DNA of 64,000 nt from contig CAWHXD010000008.1 of NCBI GenBank assembly GCA_963833225.1, positions 736,001 through 800,000 on the forward strand, in the 5' to 3' direction. Source of the DNA: an uncultured Chloroflexia bacterium (lineage in GTDB: Bacteria > Chloroflexota > Limnocylindria > Limnocylindrales > CSP1-4). Shown one piece after another: positions 1 to 18,026 of this stretch; position 1 is the first letter of the stretch; every line of letters begins with the position of its first letter. A model generated the notes under the pieces. The model had not been told where the DNA came from and ran no database searches. It saw nothing but the letters and a program-made list of their open reading frames with translations. The translations under genes were made by a program, and so were the position numbers.

Positions 1-2990
<2,990 letters not shown>

Positions 2991-3096
2991 CGGTCTCCTC
3001 CGTGCCACCACGGCCAGATGGCACGTTCGTTGCGGTCATGGAGGGGGGACCGGGCCGGCCGGACGCCGATCCCCCTCCGTGCGGGTGTGCGGGTGA

Positions 3097-6573
<3,477 letters not shown>

Positions 6574-6633
6574 GAAGGACGACTCCTTGTCGGAGTGGGA
6601 AGAGGGGGGGGCAGCCGCGCTCACAGAAGGAGT

Positions 6634-6661
6634 AGGATACCGCGATCCCGATCGATGTCAA
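6634..6661 (-). promoter_or_regulatory. putative sigma70 promoter for rpoBC
   Basis: Minus strand reads TTGACA-16 nt-TATCCT upstream of rpoB. Confidence 0.55.
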
Positions 6662-6859
6662 CTGCCGAGCATACCGGCACGAGCCGAGGCGTGGAGGCCA
6701 TGGCTTGGGGGGCTGCCCTGGGGCGCCGGCTCAACCGGCGGTGATCGGTGACGGCGAACGACATCCGTGCGTCGGTGGCCGGCAGCTGCCGGCCACGACG
6801 CGGCGGAGGCCCCTGCGCGGCGGCCGGGCCGAAGCCTGGCCGCCGACTGCCGGGCGATC

Positions 6860-7249
6860 CTACTTGATCTCGACCTTGCCGCCCTGCTCCTCGAGCGCGG
6901 CCTTGATCTTCTCGGCCTCGTCCTTGGTGACGCCCTCCTTGACGGCCTTGGGGGCGGCATCGACGAGATCCTTGGCCTCCTTGAGGCCAAGGCCGGTGAG
7001 CTCGCGGACGACCTTGATGACCGGGATCTTGTTGGGGCCGATCTCGGTCAGGGTCGCGGTGAACTCGGTCTGCTCCTCCTCGGCGGCGGCAACCGGTGCG
7101 GCTGCGGCCGGGGCGGCGCCGACGGCGGCCGCCGGGGCGGCGGCAGTGACGCCGAAGCGATCCTCGAACTTCTTCTTGAAGTCCGAGAGCTCGAGGACGG
7201 TCATCTGCTCGAAAGCCTCGAGCAGCTGGTCGGGGGTCAGCGTGGCCAT
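6860..7249 (-). CDS. rplL: 50S ribosomal protein L7/L12
   Basis: [24 protein letters not shown] motif and Ala-rich hinge. Confidence 0.98.
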   Translation of the reverse strand: MATLTPDQLLEAFEQMTVLELSDFKKKFEDRFGVTAAAPAAAVGAAPAAAAPVAAAEEEQTEFTATLTEIGPNKIPVIKVVRELTGLGLKEAKDLVDAAPKAVKEGVTKDEAEKIKAALEEQGGKVEIK

Positions 7250-7312
7250 TGGGGTTCTACTCCTGGTGTCGTGTGGGCGCCGTACGGGCGCGGGTTGGTC
7301 TCGAGGTGGGGA

Positions 7313-7843
7313 TCAGGCCGCGGCGCCATCGCGCTTGGCGATCAGCGCGTCGACCAGGCCGGCGACGTCCCGCAGCGGGGCATCGAACAGGCCGGCCGTC
7401 ATCGACATCGGGGCGACGATCGCTCCCAGCGCCTCGGCGAGGAGGGCCTCGCGCGACGGCAGGGTGGCGAGCCTGGCAATGTCATTGGCATCGATCGCGC
7501 GGGAACCCAGCACGCCACCCGTGATCTTCACGATCTTGGCGTACGGGCGAGTCGCGTCGAGCACCGCCCTGGCCGTCGCCGACTCATCGTTCCCGAAGGC
7601 GATTGCCGACGGGCCGAGGAGGAGCGGGGTCAGGGCGTCCGCCGCAGCGTTGTCCTGCGCAGCGATCCGCATGAGGCGGTTCTTGACGACCCGGTAGGTC
7701 ACGTTCTGCTTGCGCAGCGCGCGCCGGATCTCGGTGATCTCCTTCACCTTGAGGCCGCGATATTCGGAGACGATCATGGTGCGGTTCGCGTCCAGCTCGG
7801 CGCGCAGCGCCTCGATCGTCTCGCGCTTGGCCTCGGTCGGCAT
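7313..7843 (-). CDS. rplJ: 50S ribosomal protein L10
   Basis: MPTEAKRETIEAL...EYRGLKV...YRVVKNRL...LATLPSRE; located between rplA and rplL. Confidence 0.95.
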   Translation of the reverse strand: MPTEAKRETIEALRAELDANRTMIVSEYRGLKVKEITEIRRALRKQNVTYRVVKNRLMRIAAQDNAAADALTPLLLGPSAIAFGNDESATARAVLDATRPYAKIVKITGGVLGSRAIDANDIARLATLPSREALLAEALGAIVAPMSMTAGLFDAPLRDVAGLVDALIAKRDGAAA

Positions 7844-7979
7844 CGAGCCTCTTTGACCTCCGTGCTCCTGCGCGCAACCGGCGCGCGGCGGTGGGTGCGC
7901 ACGGCCTTGTGGCCGATTGACCCCTGCGACGGGCCACGTGGCGAGCAGGGGGCGCGTCCCACCCGGAGGAGGGGCGATG

Positions 7980-8125
7980 TCCTGCCTCGGCGTGCTCGCC
8001 GTCGTCCCCTGCCCTCCCCCATGCCGGGGGCTGACTGGTCCGGTCCGGCGGATCAAGCCCCGGGCGTCAGCCCGGCCTCATGGCCGGCGATGGCGTCCTG
8101 CGGGCGCAGGCTGTCTGCGGCGATC
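7980..8125 (-). promoter_or_regulatory. probable L10 leader (ribosomal protein autoregulatory RNA)
   Basis: The long rplA-rplJ intergenic region reads CCGCAGACAG...CGCCGAGG on the minus strand, resembling the L10 leader kink-turn ends. Boundaries are approximate. Confidence 0.5.
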
Positions 8126-8230
8126 CGTCTGTGTTGATCCGGCGCTCGTCTCTCGACGGCGTCGTGCATGTCATGCGCCGCGCGGTCGCGACTTGGCGTC
8201 GCGCTGCCCGGCGGCGGCCGATGATACCGC

Positions 8231-8938
8231 CTAGGCCTGCGCCTCGGCGAGGATGCCCGGGATGTCCACCCGGATGCCGGGGCCCATGGTGGTGGCGATC
8301 GTGAGCGTGCGCAGGTACGTGCCCTTGGCCCCGCTCGGCTTGGCGCGGTTCACGGCATCGACCAGCATGGCCAGGTTCTCGAGCAGCTGCTGCTCCTCGA
8401 ACGACGCTTTGCCCACGGGAACGTGCACGATCGCGCCCTTGTCCACCTTGAACTCGACGCGGCCGCCCTTGACCTCCTTGACCGCCCGCTCGATGTCGAA
8501 CGTCACGGTGCCCGCCTTGGGGTTGGGCATCAGTCCGCGACGGCCGAGGATGCGGCCGAGTCGGCCGACCTGGCCCATCGTGTCCGGGGTGGCGATCGCC
8601 ACGTCGAACTCGAGCCAGCCGGCCTCGATCTTCTTCACCAGGTCCTCGGCGCCCACCTCGTCCGCACCGGCATGGAGCGCCTCCTGGGCCTTCTCACCCT
8701 GGGCGAACACGGCGACCCGGACGATCTTGCCGGTGCCGTGCGGCAGGACCACGGTGCCACGCACCATCTGATCGGCATGGCGCGGGTCCACGCCGAGGCG
8801 CAGGTGGGCCTCGACCGACGGGTCGAACTTGACGGTGGAGGTCTCCTTGGCGAGGGCGACGGCCTCGGCGGGCGGGTACGCGCGCGTACGGTCGACGAGC
8901 TTCGCGAGGTCCTGGTAGCGCTTGCCGTGTGCGGCCAT
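8231..8938 (-). CDS. rplA: 50S ribosomal protein L1
   Basis: [26 protein letters not shown] and TTMGPG motifs. Confidence 0.98.
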   Translation of the reverse strand: MAAHGKRYQDLAKLVDRTRAYPPAEAVALAKETSTVKFDPSVEAHLRLGVDPRHADQMVRGTVVLPHGTGKIVRVAVFAQGEKAQEALHAGADEVGAEDLVKKIEAGWLEFDVAIATPDTMGQVGRLGRILGRRGLMPNPKAGTVTFDIERAVKEVKGGRVEFKVDKGAIVHVPVGKASFEEQQLLENLAMLVDAVNRAKPSGAKGTYLRTLTIATTMGPGIRVDIPGILAEAQA

Positions 8939-9022
8939 GTCGATTGCTCCTTCGGTCCGTTCGTGGACCTGCCCCTGGGAATGGCGTCCGGTCCGGGGTC
9001 CCTCCCGGACGCCGGTCGGAAC

Positions 9023-9448
9023 CTAGCCGACCACCTCGATGCCCATGCTCCTCGCGGTGCCCTCGATGACCTTCATGCCGGCGTCGATGTCGTTGACGTT
9101 GAGGTCCGGCATCTTGATCTCGGCGATCTGGCGGACCTGGTCGCGAGTCACCTTTCCGACGGTCGCGCGCTTGGGCGTCCCGGAACCCTTGTCGACACCC
9201 GCGGCCTTGCGCAGCAGGTCCGGCGCGGGTGGTGTCTTGAGGATGAAGGTGAACGAGCGATCCTCGAACACCGTGATCTGCGCGGGGATGATCTGGCCGG
9301 CCTTGTCGGCGGTCTTCTCGTTGTAGGACTTGGTGAACTCGACGATGTTGATGCCGTGAGGTCCCAGCGCGGTCCCGACAGGCGGGGCGGGTGTCGCCTT
9401 GCCGGCCGGCAACTGCAGCGTGAGGACGATTCGGATCTTCTTGGCCAC
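9023..9448 (-). CDS. rplK: 50S ribosomal protein L11
   Basis: [15 protein letters not shown] and [10 protein letters not shown] motifs. Confidence 0.98.
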   Translation of the reverse strand: MAKKIRIVLTLQLPAGKATPAPPVGTALGPHGINIVEFTKSYNEKTADKAGQIIPAQITVFEDRSFTFILKTPPAPDLLRKAAGVDKGSGTPKRATVGKVTRDQVRQIAEIKMPDLNVNDIDAGMKVIEGTARSMGIEVVG

Positions 9449-9469
9449 GGTGTTGCTCGCTCCCTGCCT

Positions 9470-10042
9470 CTACAGCTTCTCGACCTGGAGGAAGTCGAGC
9501 TCGACCGGGGTCTCCCGGCCGAAGATGCTCACGAGGACCTTCAGCTTGTTGCGCTCGGGGTTGACCTCGTCCACGGTGCCGATGAACTCCGCGAACGGCC
9601 CGTCGGTGACGCGCACGCTCTGGCCCTTGGTGAACGCGACCCGGAACTTGGGCGTCTCCACGCCCATGTGCCGGAGGATCTGCTTGACCTCGGTCTCGTC
9701 GAGCGGGATCGGCTCGCTGCGCATCCCGGGGATGTTGCCGCTGCCGACGAAGCTCGTGACGCCCGGGGTGTTCCGGACGACGAACCAGGACTCGGGGTCC
9801 AGGATCATCTCGACCAGCACGTAGCCCGGGTACACCTTCTTCTGGACGGTGTGCCGCTGGCCCTGCCGGATCTCGATCTCGTCCTCCATCGGGACGAGGA
9901 CCTGGAAGATCTTGTCCTCCATGCCCATCGACTCGATGCGGTGCTCGAGGTTGGCCTTGACCTTGTTCTCGTAGCCGGAGTACGTGTGGATCACGTACCA
10001 GCGCTTCTCGGGCGCCCGGGTGACGGTCAGCTGCTCGGTCAT
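9470..10042 (-). CDS. nusG: transcription termination/antitermination factor NusG
   Basis: [26 protein letters not shown] motif [20 protein letters not shown] at 10042 overlaps the secE stop. Confidence 0.97.
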   Translation of the reverse strand: MTEQLTVTRAPEKRWYVIHTYSGYENKVKANLEHRIESMGMEDKIFQVLVPMEDEIEIRQGQRHTVQKKVYPGYVLVEMILDPESWFVVRNTPGVTSFVGSGNIPGMRSEPIPLDETEVKQILRHMGVETPKFRVAFTKGQSVRVTDGPFAEFIGTVDEVNPERNKLKVLVSIFGRETPVELDFLQVEKL

Positions 10043-10230
10043 GCGTTCAGACCGGCAAGGAACGTGACCAGGATCGTGTACGCCTGGTCGGCCACGGTGA
10101 TGTAGACACCGACCACGAACGAGATCACGAACACCAGGACCGTCAGGTTGCGTACCTGGACCCGGTTTGGCCACGAGACCTTCTTGAGCTCGGACCACAA
10201 TTCCTTGATGAACTGGCGAATTCGACTCAC
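10039..10230 (-). CDS. secE: preprotein translocase subunit SecE
   Basis: ELKKVSWP motif followed by one TM helix; upstream of nusG. Confidence 0.93.
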   Translation of the reverse strand: MSRIRQFIKELWSELKKVSWPNRVQVRNLTVLVFVISFVVGVYITVADQAYTILVTFLAGLNA

Positions 10231-10317
10231 GGTTGCCTTTTCAGCGCTCTGGGATTCCTGCTGCCAGACCCTCCGGCGGCCGAGGCGACGCTTCCACGAG
10301 CCATCGGCCGGAGGATG

Positions 10318-10393
10318 TGGCAGGGGCGATAGGACTCGAACCTACAACCCCCGGTTTTGGAGACCGGTGCTCTGCCAATTGAGCTACACCCCT
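10318..10393 (-). tRNA. tRNA-Trp (CCA)
   Basis: Cloverleaf AGGGGTGTAGCTCAATTGG...CTCCAAA...GGTTCGAGTCC...GCCA. Confidence 0.96.
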
Positions 10394-10410
10394 GCGGAGG
10401 TCCTTCCGGG

Positions 10411-10575
10411 CTATTTCGCCTCCCGATGCAGCGTATGGCGGCGCTCACGGGGGCAGTACTTGAGCAGCTCGATCCGGTTGGGATCGTTCTTCTTGTTCTT
10501 GCGTGTCGTGTAATTGCGCTGCTTGCACTCGGTGCACGCGAGCTGGATCACCGGACGCGCGTCGACTCTGGCCAT
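10411..10575 (-). CDS. rpmG: 50S ribosomal protein L33
   Basis: Manual translation (below the ORF-track cutoff): [54 protein letters not shown]. Confidence 0.96.
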   Translation of the reverse strand: MARVDARPVIQLACTECKQRNYTTRKNKKNDPNRIELLKYCPRERRHTLHREAK

Positions 10576-10584
10576 GGCCTCTCG

Positions 10585-11781
<1,197 letters not shown>

Positions 11782-11847
11782 AGGACCCTTCACACTCCAT
11801 GGCTGGGGCGGCGCTGGCCGCCGGGACGGACCGGGATCGGCGAGAGA

Positions 11848-11923
11848 TGGAGCCCAGAACGGGATTCGAACCCGTGACCTCATCCTTACCAAGGATGTGC
11901 TCTGCCAGCTGAGCTATCTGGGC
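11848..11923 (-). tRNA. tRNA-Thr (GGT)
   Basis: Cloverleaf with anticodon loop TTGGTAA and CCA end. Confidence 0.95.
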
Positions 11924-11973
11924 CCGCGGTGGACGCTACCCTGGAGGTGCGCCCATGGACCGTTTCTTGCTGG

Positions 11974-12049
11974 TGGAGCCGACGACGGGACTCGAACCCG
12001 GAACCGGCGGTTTACAAAACCGCTGCTCTACCAATTGAGCTACGTCGGC
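11974..12049 (-). tRNA. tRNA-Thr (TGT)
   Basis: Cloverleaf with anticodon loop TTTGTAA and CCA end. Confidence 0.95.
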
Positions 12050-12093
12050 ACGCGCGCATAGTCAAACAAGAGGAGGACTCCGCGAGCCGAGGA

Positions 12094-12122
12094 ATGATAC
12101 GTGGCGCCGGATGGGGCGTCAA
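12094..12122 (-). promoter_or_regulatory. putative sigma70 promoter for the tRNA-Thr/tuf operon
   Basis: Minus strand reads TTGACG-17 nt-TATCAT. Confidence 0.6.
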
Positions 12123-12259
12123 ACCTCGGGAAGGGGCCGGTGAGCATCCCGACACCAGTCCCGGCTCGCCGTTCGAGCCCGGCAATTCACGCCCCGAAAC
12201 CGATCCGTGGTCGTGACGCAACGGCGAGGACCCATGATCGCCCGGAGCGCTCCCGGGGT

Positions 12260-14201
12260 TCAGGCGGGCTCGGGGCCGCCCGGCAGGAGGGCGTCGCTGC
12301 CGGCGTCCGGTGGCGGGGCATCCGCGGACTCGAGCGCAGCGGCGGGCTCGGGCGGGGCGGCGGGATCAGGTGATCCGGCATCGGAAGGATGGGGCTCCGA
12401 ATCACCGGCCGAGGCAGGCAGGTCGCCCTGCGGTGCCTCACCCTCGCCGTCCGGAGCGTCCTCGACGACCGTCGCGTCCAGCGTCGAAACCGACGCATCC
12501 CCGAGCAGCCGCTGCGCGGCCGCCTCGTAGAGCAGGATCGAGCCGGCGACGGCGGCGTTGAGGGACTCAATGCGGCCGTGCATCGGGATCCGGACGAGCA
12601 GGTCGCAACGACGGCGGACGGCGGGGCCGAGGCCGCGCCCCTCGCTGCCCACCACGATGGCGATGGGGCCCCGCAGGTCAGCCTCGCGCGCCGTGAGCGA
12701 GGCGTCCCCGTCGGCACCGACGATCCGCAGGCCGCGGCCGTGCAGGTCAGCCAGCACACCTGGCAGATCGTCCACGGGTGCCAGGCGGAGGTGCTCGGTC
12801 GCGCCCGCGCTGGCTTTCACGGCCGCGGGGCTCAGCGGCGCCTGGCGGTGGGTCGGGAACATGGCGCCGTGGACCCCGGTGGCCTCGGCGCTGCGCAGGA
12901 GCGTGCCGACGTTCTGCGGATCTTCGAGCGAATCCAGCACCAGGACTAGGGGCGGCTCTCCGCGCTCGACGGCCAGGGCGAGGATCTCGTCCGGCGAGGC
13001 GAACCGCCGCGGCGTCACCACCAGCGCGATCCCCTGGTGACCGTCGAACCCGGCGATGGCGGTGAGGGTGCCGCCCTCGACCTCCACGACCGGGATCCGA
13101 AGGCTGGTCGCGTGCAGGACCAGCTTCTCGAGTGCCATGCGACGCTGGGGAACGACAAGCAGGCGCACGGCCTCGCGACGGGCGACGAACGCCTCCTCCA
13201 CGGGTCGCCGCCCCGCGACCAGCTCCTCGCCCTCCGCAAGCGTGACCGAGGGGTCCACGACGCCGGGGGAGCGCGGCTGCGGGAAGCGCGCGGCGCCACG
13301 GATCGGCGGTCGGCCGGGCCCGGCAGACGGGCGGCGGTCGTATCGATCGGCCGACCGAGGGCCTGGTCGGAACGACGGAGCGACTCCCGCATCCTGGGCC
13401 GGGGAGTCCTCGCGTGTATCGGCGACGATCTGGTCCTCGTCCCAGCGGGGCGGCTCGACCCGCTGATCAGGGGGGAGCGGGCCGTCGCGGCGCTGGGCGT
13501 AGGGCGGCGGGCCGTCGCGGCGCTGGGCGTAGGGCGGCGGGCCGTCGCGGCGCTGGGCGTAGGGCGGCGGGCCGTCGCGGCGCTGGGCGTAGGGCGGCGG
13601 GCCGTCGCGGCGCTGGGCGTAGGGCGGCGGGCCGTCGCGGCGCTGGGCGTAGGGCGGCGGGCCGTCGCGGCGCTGGGCGTAGGGCGGCGGGCCGTCGCGG
13701 CGCTGGGCGTAGGGCGGCGGGCCGTCGCGGCGCTGGGCGTAGGGCGGCGGGCCGTCGCGGCGCTGGGCGTAGGGCGGCGGGCCGTCGCGGCGCTGGGCGT
13801 AGGGCGGCGGGCCGTCGCGGCGCTGGGCGTATGGGCGGCGGGCCGGCGCCTCGAGGCGGACCACCAGGGCCTCCCCTGCCCCCCGGCGTGTCGTCCTCCC
13901 AGGGCCGCGATGGCCTCTCCTCCGACCCCTCGTCGCGGAACCCGAAGCCCGACCGTTCGCGTCCGGCACGATCCGCGCCGGGAGGTCGGCCGGGACCGCT
14001 ACCGCCCGGTCTGCCGCCGCCCGGCCTGCCACCTGACCGACTGCCGCCTGGCCCGGTACCGCGGCGAGAGGGTCCACCGGGACGCCCGCCGGGTCGCCCA
14101 CCCGGTCGTCGCCCTCGGTCTTGACCACCGTCGGCCCGGTTGCGCTCGCTCCCGTCCCCTGTCGGGCCGTCGCCGTCGCGCGGTCGATTGCGGTCAGGCA
14201 C
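12260..14201 (-). CDS. rlmB: 23S rRNA (Gm2251) 2'-O-methyltransferase RlmB (SpoU/TrmH family) with a very long low-complexity N-terminus; apparent 1-nt frameshift near 13832
   Basis: C-terminal part has LDSLEDPQNVGTLLRSA, VVGSEGRG and IPMHGRIESLNAAVA. It follows cysS. The likely GTG start at 14201 overlaps the cysS end and is in a different frame from the catalytic domain. Confidence 0.88.
13481..13844. repeat. 30-bp tandem repeat, 11 identical units plus one variant unit (GCCGTCGCGGCGCTGGGCGTAGGGCGGCGG), encoding PPPYAQRRDG in RlmB
   Basis: Directly visible head-to-tail identical units with no spacers. Confidence 0.98.
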
Positions 14202-15603
14202 CGGTGGTCGCCACGTGGCGCCAGCGCTGACCGTCGCGGGTGTCCTCGACGGCGATGCCCCGGGCGAGCAGCTCGTCCCGAAGCCGGTCCGACGCGGCCC
14301 AGTCACGAGCCGCGCGCGCGGCGACACGCTCATCGAGCAGCGCCACGAGCCCCGGGTCCAGCTCGACGCCTGCCGGCGCGGCGACTCCGAGCACCGTGTC
14401 CAGCTCGCGAATCAGCGCCACCGCCCGACCGGCGTCGGCCGTCGAGAGCGTCCGAGCGTCGAGTCGCCGGTTGAGGTCGCGAACGCCGTCGAACACCGAC
14501 GCGAGGGCCGCCGAGATGTTCAGGTCGTCGTCCAGGCCCGCCTCGAAGCCGGTCCGGATCGCGTCCAGGACGGCGGGCAGCCCGGGGTCGTCGGCGCGTT
14601 CCTCGCGGTACGCGGCAAGGGCGGCCAGGAGCGCGTCGATCCGCTCCACGGCGGCGGTGGCGGCGGGCAGCGACTCATCGGAATAGTGGAGCGGAGCCCG
14701 GTAATGCACCGAGAGCAGCGCGTAACGGAGGGCCCTCGCGGAGACACCGGACTCGATGAGGTCCGCGACCCGTTCGAAGTTCCCGGTCCTCCGGGCCATC
14801 TTCTCGCCGCCGATCCGCAGGTGGGCACAGTGGAGCCAGTTCCGGACGAACGGCTGGCCCGTGGCCGCCTCGGACTGGGCGAGCTCGTCCTCGTGGTGCG
14901 GGAACACCAGGTCCTCGCCGCCGGTATGGATGTCGAAGGACGGGCCTAGGTGCGCCATGCTCATCGCGGAGCACTCGATATGCCAGCCGGGTCGGCCGGG
15001 CCCGATCCGGGTCTCCCACGACGGCTCGTTGGGCTTTGGCCCCTTCCAGAGAGCGAAGTCCCGCACGTCGTCCTTGCCGTAGTCGTCCGCCTCGACGCGC
15101 TCGCCGACCCGCATCGCCTCCGGGTCGAGGCGCGCAAGTCGGCCGTACCGCGGCCAGGAGGCGATCCGGAAGAACACCGAGCCATCATCGGTGCGGTACG
15201 CGTGGCCCTTCTCGATGAGCGAGGCGACGAGGTCGGCGATCTGCGGGATGTGCTCGGTGGCGCGCGGCAGGACGTCTGGACGGGTCATGCCCAGCGCCTC
15301 GATGTCCGCCAGGAAGCGAGCGGCAAAGCGGTCCGTCAGCTCCCGGGGGGTGACGCCCTCTGATGCGGCACGGCTGATGATCCGGTCGTCGATATCCGTC
15401 AGGTTCATGACCCACGTCACGCGCAGCCCGCGGTACCGCAGGTAGCGGACGAGCAGGTCCGCGAACAGGAACGACCGGAAGTTGCCGATGTGGGCGGGTC
15501 CGTAGACGGTGGGCCCGCAGCTGTAGATCCGTACGTGCCCGCTCTCGATGGGCTCGAGCGGGCGGACCTCGCCGGTCAGCGTGTCCTGGAGGCGGATCGT
15601 CAT
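14194..15603 (-). CDS. cysS: cysteine--tRNA ligase
   Basis: YSCGPTVY, HIGN, DFALWK, GRPGWHIECSAM and FPHHEDE motifs. Confidence 0.97.
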   Translation of the reverse strand: MTIRLQDTLTGEVRPLEPIESGHVRIYSCGPTVYGPAHIGNFRSFLFADLLVRYLRYRGLRVTWVMNLTDIDDRIISRAASEGVTPRELTDRFAARFLADIEALGMTRPDVLPRATEHIPQIADLVASLIEKGHAYRTDDGSVFFRIASWPRYGRLARLDPEAMRVGERVEADDYGKDDVRDFALWKGPKPNEPSWETRIGPGRPGWHIECSAMSMAHLGPSFDIHTGGEDLVFPHHEDELAQSEAATGQPFVRNWLHCAHLRIGGEKMARRTGNFERVADLIESGVSARALRYALLSVHYRAPLHYSDESLPAATAAVERIDALLAALAAYREERADDPGLPAVLDAIRTGFEAGLDDDLNISAALASVFDGVRDLNRRLDARTLSTADAGRAVALIRELDTVLGVAAPAGVELDPGLVALLDERVAARAARDWAASDRLRDELLARGIAVEDTRDGQRWRHVATTGA

Positions 15604-16787
15604 GGCGCCGCCCTCAGCGTCGCCACGGCGCGGGCCGAGATGGACCGGCCTGCCCCTTCGTCGCCCGCCAGGTTGCCGCTGGAGGCCTTCACGTTGACGA
15701 GGCCCGGATCGAGATCCAGCGCCCCGGCGATGGCATCGCGCATGTCGTCGAGGCGGGCACCGAGCCGGGGCCGGGCACCGATGACCACGATGTCGATCGC
15801 CGCCGGCGCAAGCCCCGCGGCGGCCACCGCGTCGACGACCTCGCGGAGCATCGTCTCGCTCGCGATCCCCTGGGGCGTCCGGGCATCAGCCGGGAACAGG
15901 CGACCCAGGTCCCCGAGGGCGGCCGCGCCGAGCAGGGCGTCGGCCACCGCGTGGAGCACGACGTCACCGTCCGAGTGCCCCGCCAGCCGCGGCGCGCCCT
16001 CGATCTCGATCCCACCCAGCCGGAGGCCGGTGGCGGGGCCGAACGGATGGCTGTCGTGGCCCAGGCCGACGCGCACGGTTGCGGGGGCGAGCGCCTGTTC
16101 GACCCGGCGCAGGTCGTCGGGCAACGTCACCTTGAGGTTCGTGGGTTCACCGGGAATGGCATGCACGTGGATGTTACATGCCTCGAGCAGGGCGGCCTCG
16201 TCGGTGAACTCCCGGCTGCCCTCGGGTGGAAAGGCGGTCCAGGCATCGAGCAGCAGGCCCCGGCGGGCACCCTGCGGGGTCTGGGCAGCGGCGAGGGTCG
16301 CACGATCCACCGTCTCGAGCACCGCGCCATCCTCGACGCGCTTGAGCGTCTCCACCACGGGCACGACCGGCAGGGCAGCGCCGTGCGATCGGACCGCCCG
16401 GACCACCGCGGCCACCAGCGCCGGGGTGACGAGTGGCCGCGCCCCATCGTGGACCAGCACCGGCCGGTCCCCGCCCGCCGGATCCAGGGCATCGAGGTGG
16501 CGCACGCCGGCGGCGACCGACTGCTGCCGGGTGGACCCGCCGGCCACGACCTCGACCCCCGGGGTCAGCCACGGAGCGGCCCGCAATGCGGTCACCCGCC
16601 CCGGCGCCGTGACCAGGATCAGCCGCTCCACCTCGGGCGCGGCAGCGAGCGCGTCGAGGGTCCAGGCGAGGAGCGGCCGCCCCCAGACGAGCGCCATCAG
16701 CTTGTCGGTCCCCCCCATCCGCCGCGACGAGCCCGCCGCAACCACCACGGCGTCCGCCCGTGGGGCACCCGTGGTCGCGCCGGCCAC
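15600..16787 (-). CDS. ispDF: bifunctional IspD/IspF (MEP pathway)
   Basis: AAGSSRRMG, VHDGARP and AQTPQ (IspD), then GLGHDSH and HSDGDVVLHA (IspF). Confidence 0.92.
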   Translation of the reverse strand: MAGATTGAPRADAVVVAAGSSRRMGGTDKLMALVWGRPLLAWTLDALAAAPEVERLILVTAPGRVTALRAAPWLTPGVEVVAGGSTRQQSVAAGVRHLDALDPAGGDRPVLVHDGARPLVTPALVAAVVRAVRSHGAALPVVPVVETLKRVEDGAVLETVDRATLAAAQTPQGARRGLLLDAWTAFPPEGSREFTDEAALLEACNIHVHAIPGEPTNLKVTLPDDLRRVEQALAPATVRVGLGHDSHPFGPATGLRLGGIEIEGAPRLAGHSDGDVVLHAVADALLGAAALGDLGRLFPADARTPQGIASETMLREVVDAVAAAGLAPAAIDIVVIGARPRLGARLDDMRDAIAGALDLDPGLVNVKASSGNLAGDEGAGRSISARAVATLRAAP

Positions 16788-16790
16788 CGG

Positions 16791-17846
16791 TCAGTCCTGG
16801 CGCGGTTGGGCGAAGATCATCCGGCCGGCCACCGTCTGGAGCACGCGCGTGACCGTGAGGTCCACGTCGCGGTCGATGAGGCGGGCGCCCCCCTCCACCA
16901 CGATCATCGTGCCGTCGTCGAGGAACCCGACACCCTGGCCCGATTCCTTGCCCTCCTGGATCACCTTGACCCGCAGCTCCTCGCCCGGGAGCACGGCCGG
17001 CTTCACGGCGTTGGCAAGCGAGTTGATGTTCATCACGCGAACGCCCTGGAGCTCCGCCACGCGGTTCAGGTTGAAATCGTTGGTCAGGATCACCTGGCTG
17101 CGGTGCTTGGCGAGCTCGACGAGCTTCGCATCCACCTCGGCGATGCCCGGCGCCTCGTCCTCGACGACGTCCACCGGTGTCCGCGGATCCCGCTGCATCC
17201 GGTTGAGGATCTCGAGGCCGCGCCGGCCCCGGTTGCGCCGCAGGGTGTCCGACGAATCCGCGATGTGCTGGAGCTCCTCGAGCACGAACCGCGGCACGAC
17301 GAGCGTCCCGTACACGAAGCCCGACTCGACGATCTCGGCGATCCGCCCGTCGATCAGGACGCTGGTATCGACCACGATGCGCGGCCCACCCTCGGCGGGC
17401 TCGGGCTCGGCGCCGGGCCGCCGGACGAGGCCCGCACCCTCGGCGGCCGCGATCAGGTCAGACCGCTTGGCCACCGTGAGGCCCATCATCCCGAGCCCCA
17501 GGAACAACGAGATCCCGAGCGGCAGCCAGGTACCCAGCGGACCTTCGATCTGCGCGAGCGGCAGGGACAGCAGCAGGCCCAGGAGCAGGCCGACGAACAG
17601 GCCGAGGACGGCGGCCACGAACTCGGCCGTCGACATCTCCTGCACCCGTTGCACGAGCCAGGCGGCCGGCACGACCGTGAGATACGGGAACACGGCGAAG
17701 CCGACCACCATCCAGGCGATCGTCCAGGCGGCGAGGATGAACCCGGCGTACTCCACGCCGTTGAACAGTCCTGTCCCCCCGGCGGCGATCCCGATCCCGA
17801 TGAGGGCACCGAGCGCCGCGCCCAGGACGCGGATGCTGCGGATCAA
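16791..17846 (-). CDS. membrane PIN/TRAM domain protein (YacL-like)
   Basis: N-terminal TM helices, VDTSVLIDGRI, RGRRGLEIL, TNDFNLNRVA, GVGFLDDGTMIVVE. TTG start with GAGGA upstream. Confidence 0.92.
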   Translation of the reverse strand: MIRSIRVLGAALGALIGIGIAAGGTGLFNGVEYAGFILAAWTIAWMVVGFAVFPYLTVVPAAWLVQRVQEMSTAEFVAAVLGLFVGLLLGLLLSLPLAQIEGPLGTWLPLGISLFLGLGMMGLTVAKRSDLIAAAEGAGLVRRPGAEPEPAEGGPRIVVDTSVLIDGRIAEIVESGFVYGTLVVPRFVLEELQHIADSSDTLRRNRGRRGLEILNRMQRDPRTPVDVVEDEAPGIAEVDAKLVELAKHRSQVILTNDFNLNRVAELQGVRVMNINSLANAVKPAVLPGEELRVKVIQEGKESGQGVGFLDDGTMIVVEGGARLIDRDVDLTVTRVLQTVAGRMIFAQPRQD

Positions 17847-18026
17847 GATGGTCCTCGAACGGTGGCTGCGAGAGTGATGAGTGCATCGCCGGGCACGGGA
17901 CAAGCGCGGCCCGGCGAGCCTAGCACGCGGCACGGCGCGCCTGCACCCTGCCGGCAGTCAGCAGGGAAACGGTACCTCCAGGCCAGCGCGCGCGCCGCCC
18001 CGGGAGCCCCGGGGTCCGGGCGGCAG

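Noticed and set aside
13481-13844. 30-bp repeat array as a CRISPR array
   Set aside because: Units are head-to-tail with no unique spacers, the length is a multiple of 3 inside a CDS, and no cas genes are present.
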